Source: Mobula hypostoma
Lineage: Eukaryota
Assembly: GCF_963921235.1 (NCBI RefSeq)
Contig: NC_086097.1
Coordinates: forward strand, 61,878,001-61,942,000
Direction of reading: 5' to 3'
DNA length: 64,000 nucleotides
Shown: positions 1 to 11,745 of the stretch, piece after piece
How the letters are laid out: every line of letters starts with the position of its first letter
Position numbering within the stretch: position 1 is the first letter of the stretch
The notes under the pieces: model-generated
Seen by the model: the letters and a program-made list of their open reading frames with translations, nothing else
Told to the model about the DNA's origin: nothing
Database searches by the model: none
Made by a program: the position numbers and the translations under genes

Positions 1-1942
1 ACCTTCTGACTAAAAAAATTTCTTCGCATTTCTGTTCTGAAAGGGCGCCCTTCAATCCTTAAGTCATGCCCCCTCGTACTAGACTCCCCCATCATGGGAA
101 ACAACTTTGCCACATCCACTCTGTCCATGCCTTTCAACATTCAAAATGTTTCTATGAGGTCTCCCCTCATTCTTCTAAACTCCAAGGAGTACAGTCCAAG
201 AGTGGACAAATGTTCCTCATATGTTAACCCTCTCTTTCCTGGAATCATTCTAGTGAATCTTCTCTGTACCCTCTCCAATGTCAGCACATCCTTTCTTAAA
301 TAGGGAGACCAAAGCTGCCCACAGTACTCCAAGTGAGGTCTCACCAGCACCTTATAGAGCCTCAACATCACTTCCCTGCTCCTATACTCTATTCCTCTAG
401 AAATGAATGGCAACATTGCATTCGCCTTCTTCACTACCGACTCAACCTGGAGGTTAACTTTAAGGGAATCCTGTACGAGGACTCCCAAGTCCCGTTACAT
501 CTCAGAACTTTGAATTCTTTCCCCATTTAAATAATAGTCTGCCCGTTTATTTTTTCTGCCAAAGTGCATAACCATACACTTTCCAACATTATACATCATT
601 TGCCACTTCTCTGCCCATTCTTCCAATCTATCCAAGTCTTTCTTGCAGACTCTCCATTTCCTCAGCACTACCGGCCCCTCCACCTATCTTTGTATCGTCA
701 GCAAACTTAGCCACAAAGCTGTCTATTCCATCATCTAAATCGTTGATGTACAATGTAAAAAGAAGCGGCCCCAACACAGACCCCTGTGGAACACCACTGG
801 TAACCGGCAGCCAACCAGAATAGGATCCCTTTATTCCCACTCTGTTTCCTGCCAATCAGCCAACGCTCTATCCACGTATGTAACTTTCCCGTAATTCCAT
901 GGGCTCTTATCTTGTTAAGTAGCCTCATGTGTGGCACCTTGTCAAAGGCCATCTGAAAATCAAAATACACAAAATCTACTGCATTTCCCTTGTCTAGCCT
1001 ACTGGTAATTTCCTCAAAAAATTGTAATAGGTTTGTCAGGCAGGATTTTCCTTTAAGGAATCCATGCTGAGTTCTGCCTATCTTGTCATATGCCTCCAGG
1101 TACTCTGTAACCTCATCCTTGACAATCGACTCCAACAACTTCCCAACCACCGATGTCAAGCTAACAGGTCCATAATTTCCTTTTTGCTTCCTTGACCCCT
1201 TCTTAAATAGCGGAGTGACATTTGCAATCTTCCAGTCCTCCGGAACCATGCCAGGATCTATCGACTTTTGAAAGATCATCGCTAATGCCTCCGCAATCTC
1301 CACAGCTACTTCCTCCAGAACACGAGGGTGCATTCCATCTGGTCCAGGAGATTTATCTACCTTTAGACTATTCAGCTTACAGAGTACTTTCTCTGTCGTA
1401 ATTGTGACTGCGCACACTTCTCTTCCCTGCCACCCTTGAGTGTCCGATATACTGCTGATGTCTTCCTCAGTGAAGACTGATGCAAAGTACTCTTTCAGTT
1501 CCTCTGTCATCTTCTTATCTCCAATTACAATTTCTCCAGCATCATTTTCTATCAGTCCTATATCTACTCTCACCTGTCTTTATATACTTGAAAAAGCTTT
1601 TAGTATCCTCTTTGATATTATTTGCTAGCTTCCTTTCATAGTTAAGCTTTTCCCTCTTAATGACCTTCTTGGTTTCCTTTTGTAAGGTTTTAAAAACTTC
1701 CCAATCCTCTGTCTTCCCAGTAATTTTTGCTTCCTTGTATGCCCAATCCTTTCCTTTAACTTTGGCTTTGACTTCTCTTGTCAACCACGGTTGCATCCTT
1801 TTTCCACTCGAAAATTTCTTCTTTTGTGGAATATACCTGTCTTGCACCTTCCTCATTTCTCGCATAAACTCCAGCTACTGCTGCTCTGCCGTCTTTCCCA
1901 CCAGCGTCCCTTTCCAGTCAACTTTGGCCAGTTCCTCTCTCA
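1..1942 (-). mobile_element. CR1-clade LINE, 5'-truncated, degenerate ORF2 (RT region), runs off window start
   Basis: Minus ORFs 1542-1865, 731-1573, 628-855, 495-683 and 141-488 give consecutive CR1 ORF2 blocks ([40 protein letters not shown]) broken by frameshifts. Confidence 0.93.
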
Positions 1943-2532
1943 CTTTGCTAGCCAGTTTACGGTCTGGGATCATCTTGTAGCAGAGGCCTGTTTGTCATAG
2001 TTGTATACTTGTCACAGTTGTATACTTGTTCTTCCATGTAGCCACCTTCTTCTAAGAGTTTTTAGTTCAGCTGGGTATTTGCTGGCGGCGGCACTGTTGG
2101 CTCTGTGAATTTCTCCTGACACTAACACTTGAGAAATCCCGTGACGGCGTTTAAACCGGTCTAGCTATCCATTACTAGCTCTGAATTTTGTGAGGTTTCT
2201 CCGTTGATCTACTTCTCAACTTGAGCTTTGAGAATAGGACTGGAAATTGGAAGGCCTTCTGAGCGAGCTTGAATGAACCACTCGTACAGGGAGTCATCGA
2301 GGCTGAAATCTTTGGCTGTCTTCAGGCGTTTGGCTTTTAGTCCTGCTTCTTCTTCAACTTTGCAAAGCAACAAGCGTAACTTTTCTTCGTGAGATTTCCA
2401 GCCACAAAGTGTTGATTCTAGTATCCCAAGGTCTCATGCAGCTTGAGTTTGACTTTTAGTCTTGATCGCGTCAAGTGCGTGAAGCTTATCTTTCACAGAA
2501 AAAGATTTTCTTTTTCTCACTTTTTGTTCCAT
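1943..2532 (-). pseudogene. Tigger/pogo-family (CENP-B-like) transposase remnant, N-terminal part
   Basis: Manual translation from ATG at 2532: MEQKVRKRKSFSVKDKLHALDAIK..LGILESTLCGWK..LDDSLYEWFIQARSEGLPISSPILKAQ..FRASNG*LDRFKRRHGI..QVYNCD..TGLCYKMIPDRKLA. This gives two HTH blocks and the first catalytic-D motif, with stops, frameshifts and a 17-bp tandem duplication near 2000-2030. Cut at ~1943 by the CR1. Confidence 0.85.
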
Positions 2533-2625
2533 TTCCAGAGAAAAAAAGGTCCAATGACTCACACAAAATGCTGGTGTAAAGAAGCAGGCCAGGCAGCACC
2601 TCGTCGTGACTCTTCATCAGGACCA

Positions 2626-5600
2626 TGTCATACGGGGCGGTGGCTGGGAATGGACCCAAGTGCGAGACACAGACACTGAAGTACTAGGAACAAGGCTAGG
2701 AGACAGGGCGAGGGCAAGGACATGGACAGGAGAACCAGGAACCTGGAACAGGACTGAACAAGAGAGCTGGGAGCCCAGGCAAGGACTCCGAGCTAGAGAC
2801 TGGACAAGGACCCAGTCTGGATGGCTCCAGTCTAGGTACAGGGTGGCTCCAGGACCAAACTTGAGGCGAGGCTGGAGGCTGGAGACGAGGCAAGGCGAGG
2901 CTGGAAGCTGGAGACTTGAGGCGAGGCGAGGCTGGAGGCTGGAGACTTGAGGCGAGGCGAGGCGAGGCTGGAGGCTGGAGACATCAGGCGAGGTGAGACT
3001 GGAGGCTGGAGACATCAGGCGAGGCGAGGCTGGAGGATGGAGACGAGGAGAGGCGAGGCTGGAGGCTGGAGACTTGAGGCGAGGCGAGGCTGGAGGCTGG
3101 AGGCGAGGCGAGGCTGGAGGCTGGAGACTTGAGGCGAGGTGAGGCTGGAGGCTGGAGACTTGAGGCGAGGCTGGAGACTGGAGACTGGAGACTGGAGACT
3201 GGAGACTGGAGACTGGAGACTTGAGGCAAGGCTGGAGACTGGAGACTGGAGACTTGAGTCGAGGCTGGAGACTGGAGACTTGAGTCGAGGCTGGAGACTG
3301 GAGACTTGAGGCGAGGCAAGGCTGGAGACTGGAGACTTGAGGCTAGGCGAGGCTGGCAGCTGGAGACTTGAGGCGAGGCAAGGCTGGAGGCTGGAGACTT
3401 GAGGCGAGGCGAGGCTGGAGGCTGGAGACGTCAGGCGAGGCGAGGCTGGAGGCTGGAGACGTCAGGCGAGGCTGGAGGCTGGAGACTTGAGGCGAGGCGA
3501 GGCTGGAGATGAAGCGAGGTGAGGCTGGAGGCTGGAGCCTTGAGGCGAGGCAAGGCTGGAGGCTGGAGCCTTGAGGCGAGGCTGGAGACTGGAGACTGGA
3601 GACTTGAGGCAAGGCTGGAGACTGAAGACTGGAGACTTGAGGCGAGACTTGAGACTGGAGACTGGAGACTTGAGGCGAGGTTGGAGACTGGAGACTGGAG
3701 GCGAGGCTGGAGACTGGAGACTTGAGGCGAGGCGAGGCTGGGGGCTGGAGACTTGAGGCGAGGCGAGGCTGGGGGCTGGAGACTTGAGGCGAGGCGAGGC
3801 TGGGGGCTGGAGACTTGAGGCGAGGCGAGGCTGGGGGCTGGAGACTTGAGGCGAGGTGAGGCTGGGGGCTGGAGACTTGATGCGAGGCGAGGCTGGGGGC
3901 TGGAGACTTGAAGGGAGGCGAGGCTGGGGGCTGGAGACTTGAGGCGAGGCGAGGCTGGGGGCTGGAGATTTGAGGCAAGGCGAGGCTGGGGGCTGGAGAC
4001 TTCAGGCGAGGCGAGGCTGGAGACTTGAGGCGAGGCGAGGCTGGAGACTTGAGACTTGAGGAGAGGTGAGGCTGGGGGCTGCAGACTTGAGGCGAGGCTG
4101 GAGACTGGAGACTGGAGGCGAGGCGAGGCTGGAGACTGGAGACTTCAGGCGAGGCTGGAGACTAGAGACTTGAGGCGAGGCTGGAGATTGGAGACGAGGC
4201 GGGGCGAGGCTGGAGACTGGAAACGAGGCGGGGCGAGGCTGGAGACTGGAGACGAGGCGGGGCGAGGCTGGAGACTGGAGACGAGGCGGGGCGAGGCTGG
4301 AGACTGGAGACGAGGCGGGGCGAGGCTGGAGACTGGAGACGAGGCGGGGCGAGGCTGGAGACTGGAGACGAGGCGGGGAAAGGCTGGAGACTGGAGACTT
4401 GAGGCGAGGCGAGGCTGGGGACTGGAGATGAGGCAGGGCGAGGCTGGAGACTGGAGACTTGAGGCGGGGCGAGGCTGGAGACTGGAGACTGGAGTCGGGG
4501 CGAGGCTGGAGACTGGAGACTGGAGGAGAGGCTGGAGACTGGAGACTGGAGGCGAGGCGAGGCGAGGCTGGAGACTGGAGACTTGAGGCGAGGCGAGGCT
4601 GGAGGCTGGAGACTTGAGGCGAGGTGAGGCTGGAGACTGGACGCGAGGCAAGGCGAGGCTGGAGACTGGAGACTTGAGGAGAGGCTGGAGACTCGATACT
4701 GGAGGCAAGGCGAGGCGAGGCTGGAGACTGGAGACTTGAGGCGAGGCGAGGCTGGGGGCTGGAGACTTGAGGACAGGTGAGGCTGGAGACTTGAGGCGAG
4801 GCGAGGCTGGAGGCTGGAGACTTGAGGCGAGGCGAGGCTGGAGGCTGGAGACTTGAGGACAGGTGAGGCTGGAGGCTGGAGACTTGAGGACAGGTGAGGC
4901 TGGAGGCTGGAGAATTGAGGCGAGGCTGGAGACTGGAGACTTCAGGCAAGGCTGGAGACTAGAGACTTGAGGCGAGGCTGGAGATTGGAGACGAGGCGGG
5001 GCGAGGCTGGAGACTGGAAACGAGGCGGGGCGAGGCTGGAGACTGGAAACGAGGCGGGGCGAGGCTGGAGACTGGAAACGAGGCGGGGCGAGGCTGGAGA
5101 CTGGAAACGAGGCGGGGCGAGGCTGGAGACTGGAAACGAGGCGGGGCGAGGCTGGAGACTGGAGACGAGGCGGGGCGAGGCTGGAGACTGGAGACGAGGC
5201 GGGGCGAGGCTGGAGACTGGAGACAAGGCGGGGAAAGGCTGGAGACTGGAGACTTGAGGCGAGGCGAGGCTGGGGACTGGAGATGAGGCAGGGCGAGGCT
5301 GGAGACTGGAGACTTGAGGCGGGGCGAGGCTGGAGACTGGAGACTGGAGTCGGGGCGAGGCTGGAGACTGGAGACTGGAGGAGAGGCTGGAGACTGGAGA
5401 CTGGAGGAGAGGCGAGGCGAGGCTGGAGACTGGAGACTTGAGGCGAGGCGAGGCTGGAGGCTGGAGACTTGAGGCAAGGTGAGGCTGGAGACTGGACGCA
5501 AGGCGAGGCGAGGCTGGAGACTGGAGACTTGAGGAGAGGCTGGAGACTGGAGACTGGAGGTGAGGCGAGGCGAGGCTGGAGACTGGAGACTTGAGGCGAG

Positions 5601-8600
5601 GCGAGGCTGGGGGCTGGAGACTTGAGGACAGGTGAGGCTGGAGACTTGAGGCGAGGCGAGGCTGGAGGCTGGAGACTTGAGGACAGGTGAGGCTGGAGGC
5701 TGGAGACTTGAGGACAGGTGAGGCTGGAGGCTGGAGAATTGAGGCGAGGCTGGAGACTGGAGACTGGAGACTTGAGGCGAGGCTGGAGACTGGAGACGAG
5801 GCGGGGCGAGGCTGGAGACTGGAAACGAGGCGGGGCGAGGCTGGAGACTGGAGCCGAGGCGGGGCGAGGCTGGAGACTGGAGCCGAGGCGGGGCGAGGCT
5901 GGAGACTGGAGCCGAGGCGGGGCGAGGCTGGAGACTGGAGCCGAGGCGGGGCGAGGCTGGAGACTGGAGACGAGGCGGGGCGAGGCTGGAGACTGGAGAC
6001 GAGGCGGGGCGAGGCTGGAGACTGGAGACGAGGCGGGGCGAGGCTGGAGACTGGAGACGAGGCGGGGCGAGGCTGGAGACTGGAGACGAGGCGGGGCGAG
6101 GCTGGAGACTGGAGACGAGGCGGGGCGAGGCTAGAGTCTGGAGACGAGGCGGGGCGAGGCTGGAGACTAGAGACGAGGCGGGGCGAGGCTGGAGACTGGA
6201 GACGAGGCGGGGCGAGGCTGGAGACTGGAGACGAGGCGGGGCGAGGCTGGAGACTGGAGACGAGGCGGGGCGAGGCTGGAGGCTGGAGACTTGAGGAGAG
6301 GTGAGGCTGGAGGCTGAACACTTGAGGCGAGGCTGGAGAATGGAGACTGGAGGCGAGGCGAGGCTGTAGACTGGAGACTGGAGGCGAGGCGAGGCTGGAG
6401 ACTGGAGACTTGAGGCGAGGCTGGAGACTGGAGACGAGGCGGGGCGAGGCTGGAGACTGGAGACGAGGCGGGGCGAGGCTGGAGACTGGAGACGAGGCGG
6501 GGCGAGGCTGGAGACTGGAGACGAGGCGGGGCGAGGCTGGAGACTGGAGACGAGGCGGGGCGAGGCTGGAGACTGGAGTCTGGAGGCGGGGCGAGGCTGG
6601 AGACAGGAGACTTGAGGAGAGGCTGGAGACTGGAGACTGGAGGCGAGGCGAGGCGAGGCTGGAGACTGGAGACTTGAGGCGAGGCGAGGCTGGAGGCTTG
6701 AGACTTGAGGCGAGGTGAGACTGGAGACTGGAGACTTGAGGCGAGGCTGGAGACTGGAGGCGAGGCGGGACTGGAGACTTGAGGAGAGGCTAGAGACTGG
6801 AGACTGGAGGCGAGGCGAGGCGAGGCTGGAGACTGGAGACTTGAGGCGAGGCGAGGCTGGGGGCTGGAGACTTGAGGACAGGTGAGGCTGGAGACTTGAG
6901 GCGAGGCGAGGCTGGAGACTGGAGACTTGAGGCGAGGCGAGACTGGAGACTGGAGACTGGAGGCGAGGCGAGGCTGGAGACTGGAGACTGGTGGAGAGGC
7001 TGGAGACTGGAGGCGAGGCGAGGCGAGGCTGGAGACTGGAGACGAGGCGGGGCGAGGCTGGAGACTGGAGACGAGGCGGGGCGAGGCTGGAGACTGGAGA
7101 CGAGGCGGGGCGAGGCTGGAGACTGGAGACGAGGCGGGGCGAGGCTGGAGACTGGAGACGAGGCGGGGCGAGGCTGGAGACTGGAGACTGGAGGCGGGGC
7201 GAGGCTGGAGACAGTAGACTTGAGGAGAGGCTGGAGACTGGAGACTGGAGGCGAGGCGAGGCGAGGCTGGAGACTGGAGACTTGAGGCGAGGCGAGGCTG
7301 GAGGCTGGAGACTTGAGGCGAGGCGAGACTGGAGACTGGAGACTGGAGACTTGAGGCGAGGCTGGAGACTGGAGGTGAGGCGAGGCGAGACTGGAGACTT
7401 GAGGAGAGGCTAGAGACTGGAGACTGGAGGCGAGGCTGGAGACTGGAGACTTGAGGAGAGGCGAGGCTGGGGGCTGGAGACTTGAGGACAGGTGAGGCTG
7501 GAGACTTGAGGCGAGGCGAGGCTGGAGACTGGAGACTTGAGGCGAGGTGAGACTGGAGACTGGAGACTGGAGGCGAGGCTGGAGACTGGAGACTGGAGGC
7601 GAGGCGAGGCTGGAGACTGGAGACTTGAGGAGAGGCTGGAGACTGGTGGAGAGGCTGGAGACTGGAGGCGAGGCGAGGCGAGGTTGGAGACTGGAGGCGA
7701 GGCGAGGCGAGACTGGAGACTTGAGGAGAGGCTAGAGACTGGAGACTGGAGGCGAGGCGAGGCGAGGCTGGAGACTGGAGACTTGAGGTGAGGCGAGGCG
7801 AGGCTGGAGACTGGAGACTTGAGGCGAGGCGAGGCTGGGGGCTGGAGACTTGAGGACAGGTGAGGCTGGAGACTTGAGGCGAGGCGAGGCTGGAGACTGG
7901 AGACTTGAGGCGAGGTGAGACTGGAGACTGGAGACTGGAGGCGAGGCTGGAGACTGGAGACTGGAGGCGAGGCGAGGCTGGAGACTGGAGACTTGAGGAG
8001 AGGCTGGAGACTGGTGGAGAGGCTGGAGACTGGAGGCGAGGCGAGGCGAGGCTGGAGACTGGAGACTTGAGGCGAGGCGAGGCTGGAGACTGGAGACGAG
8101 GTGAGGCGAGGCTGGAGACTGGAGACTGGAGACTTGAGGCGAAGCTGGAGAATGGAGACTGGAGACTTGAGGCGAGGCTGGAGACTGGAGACTTGAGGCG
8201 AGGCTGGAGACTGGAGACGAGGCGGGGCGAGGCTGGAGACTGGAGACGAGGCGGGGCGAGGCTGGAGACAGGAGACTTGAGGCGAGGCTGGAGACTGGAG
8301 GCGAGGCGAGGCGAGACTGGAGACTTGAGGAGAGGCTAGAGACTGGAGACTGGAGGCGAGGCGAGGCGAGGCTGGAGACTGGAGACTTGAGGCGAGGCGA
8401 GGCGAGGCTGGAGACTGGAGACTTGAGGCGAGGCAAGGCTGGGGGCTGGAGACTTGAGGACAGGTGAGGCTGGAGACTTGAGGCGAGGCGAGGCTGGAGA
8501 CTTGAGGCGAGGCGAGGTGAGACTGGAGACTGGAGACTGGAGGCGAGGCTGGAGACTGGAGACTGGAGGCGAGGCGAGGCTGGAGACTGGAGACTTGAGG

Positions 8601-10102
8601 AGAGGCTGGAGACTGGTGGAGAGGCTGGAGACTGGAGGCGAGGCGAGGCGAGGCTGGAGACTGGAGACTTGAGGCGAGGCGAGGCTGGAGACTGGAGACG
8701 AGGTGAGGCGAGGCTGGAGACTGGAGACTGGAGACGAGGCGAGGCTGGAGACTGGAGACTTGAGGCGAGGCTGGAGACTGGAGACGAGGCGGGGCGAGGC
8801 TGGAGACTGGAGACTTGAGGCGAGGTGAGACTGGAGACTGGAGACTGGAGGCGAGGCTGGAGACTGGAGACTTGAGGCGAGGCTGGAGACTGGAGACTTG
8901 AGGCGAGGCGAGGCTGGAGACTGGAGACTTGAGGCGAGGCTGGAGACTGGAGACTGGAGGCGAGGCGAGACGAGGCTGGAGACTGGAGACTTGAGGCGAG
9001 GCGAGGCTGGAGACTGGAGACGAGGTGAGGCGAGGCTGGAGACTGGAGACTGGAGACTTGAGGCGAAGCTGGAGAATGGAGACTGGAGACTTGAGGCGAG
9101 GCTGGAGACTGGAGACTTGAGGCGAGGCTGGAGACTGGAGACTTGAGGCGGAGCGAGGCTTGAGTCTGGAGACTTGAGGCGGGGCGAGGCTTGAGTCTGG
9201 AGACGAGGCGGGGCGAGGCTTGAGTCTGGAGACGAGGCGGGGCGAGGCTTGAGTCTGGAGACGAGGCGGGGCGAGGCTTGAGTCTGGAGACGAGGCGGGG
9301 CGAGGCTGGAGACTGGAGACGAGGCGGGGCGAGGCTGGAGACTGGAGACTTGAGGAGGGGCGAGGCTGGAGACTGGAGACGAGGTGGGGCGAGGCTGGAG
9401 ACTGGGGACGAGGCGGGGCGAGGCTGGAGACTGGAGACTTGAGGCGAGGCTGGAGAATGGAGACTGGAGACTTGAGGCGAGGCTGGAGACTGGAGACTTG
9501 AGGCGAGGCGAGGCTGGAGACTGGAGACTTGAGGTGAGCCTTGGCAGGCTCCTCCTGGGCAGGGCACGGATCACCTGGGCAGGGTGCGGATCACCACCCA
9601 ACAGAGGCAACAGACAGGAAGGACAGAACCAACCCCAGGTAACGGCAAGACGGCCTGGCTTACTTGGGCGGAGGCAAGAGACAGGAAGGGAGCTAGGTAC
9701 AGGGTGGCTTCAGGACCAGACAACAAGACAAGGCAAGGCTACTGGCAAAGCAAGGCAAGACGAGAACTTCAGTCGAGGCAAGAGTTACCTGCAAGACAAG
9801 GCAGGGCTTCTGGCAAAGCAAGGCAAGACAGAACTTCAGGCGAGGCGGGAGTTACTTGCTAGACAATGTAGGGCTTCAGGCGAGGAAACAGAAGGCAGGG
9901 GAAGGGATGCAAGGAGTAAGGACAAGAACAATCCAGCAACCGTGCCCTGGTCTTAGAGGTATTTATGCAGCCAGTCACAACTAGCATCAGCTGCCTCAAT
10001 TAACTCAACAAGGACAGAAACAGGGTAGATAGGAAAACCTGGAAAAGGTTGATGGACCGGACCGTGAACTGGAATACGGACTTCATGGACCGGACCATGA
10101 CA
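2626..10102 (-). mobile_element. Solo LTR (Gypsy-type) containing a giant internal minisatellite
   Basis: Termini TGTCAT (2626) and ATGACA (10102) are inverted; 5-bp flanks GACCA (2621-2625) and GACTA (10103-10107); TATA-like CATAAATA on minus near 9960-9967; no internal coding domains. Confidence 0.8.
2860..9538. repeat. ~6.7-kb compound minisatellite built from GAGGC / GGGGC / GGAGACT / GGAGGCT words (29- and 31-bp main units)
   Basis: Directly visible units GAGGCGAGGCGAGGCTGGAGGCTGGAGACTT (31 bp) and GAGGCGGGGCGAGGCTGGAGACTGGAGAC (29 bp); strongly purine-rich plus strand. Confidence 0.98.
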
Positions 10103-10286
10103 GACTAACAGAGAAAAGAGATAGTAAGAGATTTGAAAGTGGGAGGGGGTGGGAGAGACCCAAAATGATAAGAGAAGACAGGAGGAGGAGAGATGAAGCC
10201 AAGATCTGGGAAGTTGATTGGCAAAAGGATTCAAGGCTGGAGAAGGGGATGTATAGATTGATATGGACATGGATTCCAATGACTCA

Positions 10287-10342
10287 TCACATTATATCTG
10301 AATTCGCGTTAAATCGGGGCGCATAAAATCGGGGTTTCACTG
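10287..10342 (-). mobile_element. Probable 5' terminus/TIR of the same Tigger-like element
   Basis: Minus strand reads CAGTGAAACCCCGATTTTATGCGCCCCGATTTAACGCGAA, typical of Tigger-type termini. It becomes contiguous with the transposase 5' region once the 2562-10274 insertion is removed. The flank is TT rather than the expected TA. Confidence 0.65.
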
Positions 10343-10970
10343 TTCCTGAAAAATTTTCAGAAGAGGATACTCCTCTTGCTGTATTCTCCCAAATGCAAAC
10401 CAAAAGTCTACCTGTCACGACAGATTTGATCCAAAGGGAAACCAGATAAGACCCCACACTGTCTCAGGTCTATCTGGCTACCCAAAATGGCTGAAATGTG
10501 CAGCAGAAACTCTGGGTTCCCCCATTTTTACCAGTGCTGGACAAACTTGCCCTTGATGGAGGTTGTTTTACATTGGGTTTGAGAGGAGTTGTGCCATTCA
10601 AGCTGAGAGTTAAAGTGTTGGAGGAGCTACATCCGGTCATCTAGGCTTGGTCAAAATGAAAGCATTGTCTCGAAGCTTTGTCTGGTGTCCTAGGATAGAT
10701 CAGGTGTTTGAGCAGCTTGCCATACACTATTCGGATGCCAGCACATCCAGAAGATGCCAAGAGCAGCGCTTCTCCATCCCTGGAAATGACCTACATTTGC
10801 CTTGGCAGAGGATTCTTGTGAATTTTACGACCCCACTCAAGGGAACAAAGTTCTTGGTAGTAGTGCATGCAGCCACAAAGTGGCCAGAAGTGTTCCCAAT
10901 AGCCTCCACTGCAGCCTCACACACTGTTGATACACTGAGAAGACCCTTCTCAAGGACCAGTGTACCAGAA
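10343..10970 (+). mobile_element. Degenerate Gypsy pol fragment (integrase N-terminal/core region)
   Basis: DPTLSQVY..KVLEELH..HLGLVKMKALSRSFVWCPRID..PWQRILVNF..FLVVVHAATKWPEV. Nucleotide similarity to 41018-41164 and 52873-53130 indicates the same family as Gypsy A. Confidence 0.85.
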
Positions 10971-11745
10971 GTGTGCTGTTTTTCCCTATGTCCCAATAAC
11001 TTTGGTAGATAGCATGAGGGATTCTGAAATTAATGGGAAAAGATATCTAAAGAGGCAGGCTTCAATGGTGGTTAATTTAGCACAGTCAAGTCTCTTGCAA
11101 ATATTTAGTTGTAGTTCTTGATTTATTCATAAGTTAATGGTGAACTTTATGAGAATGGTACATCTACATTTCTGTCTCAGCTGAATTAGGTCCACAACCC
11201 CATGCTTAAATATGTGAACTACAAAAGAATGAGTAATCCCTCCAGCTCCAGCCCGATAAACCTACAGCCTTACAAAATTCTGCTGTCTCTGAATTGATGT
11301 CACATTCCCTTATTGTAGTTTATATCCTGACTAATGTCACTTTCACCCAAGCAGCCTTTGCTGAAACCCAAGTGTCTCAACTCAGAAGTTCTCTTAATGG
11401 TACTGTCTGACCCACTGAGCTGCTCCAGCATCTTGTTTGTATTGCTCTAGATTTCCAGCATTTCCAGTGTCTGTGAACCTGAACGGTTGTCATTGCACAA
11501 GCATTTATTCCTTCCATCACCAGTGCAGAGTGGATATTCTATAAAATGTTCTGCTGTTCTCACTAGGATGCTCTGTGAAACCTTTCAAACCTGGAAACTC
11601 TACGGAAGTGTGGATAGATGGGAACACCACCAAATGTATGTTCCACATGAACCAGATTGATCTGCAAATGGATTGCTTTATTCTAATTTGTTATTGACCT
11701 AAATCTTACAATTTCCTACCCCAGGAACTGAGGATGTAGGTTCTT

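Larger units (their letters stand above)
2562..10274 (-). mobile_element. Short 5'-truncated Penelope-type 3'-end retroposon (2562-2625 plus 10103-10274), split by an LTR
   Basis: Flanked by a 12-bp direct repeat TCCAATGACTCA (2550-2561, 10275-10286). The CACAAAATGCTGG...GCAGGCCAGGCAGCA...CTTCATCAGGAC segment matches other copies at 26060-26214 and 30135-30430. Family assignment is from recall. Confidence 0.7.

Noticed and set aside
3737..3995. Canonical G-quadruplex from GGGGG runs
   Set aside because: The runs are ~26 nt apart, too long for standard loops; only weak two-tier structures are plausible.
2860..9538. CRISPR-like or telomeric array
   Set aside because: No unique spacers, no cas genes and no TTAGGG; the context is eukaryotic TE sequence.
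2984..9610. Long S/P/L/Q-rich (minus, up to 611 aa) and R/G/E/W-rich (plus) ORFs
   Set aside because: They arise in multiple frames because the repeat words lack stop codons; no evidence for a real protein.
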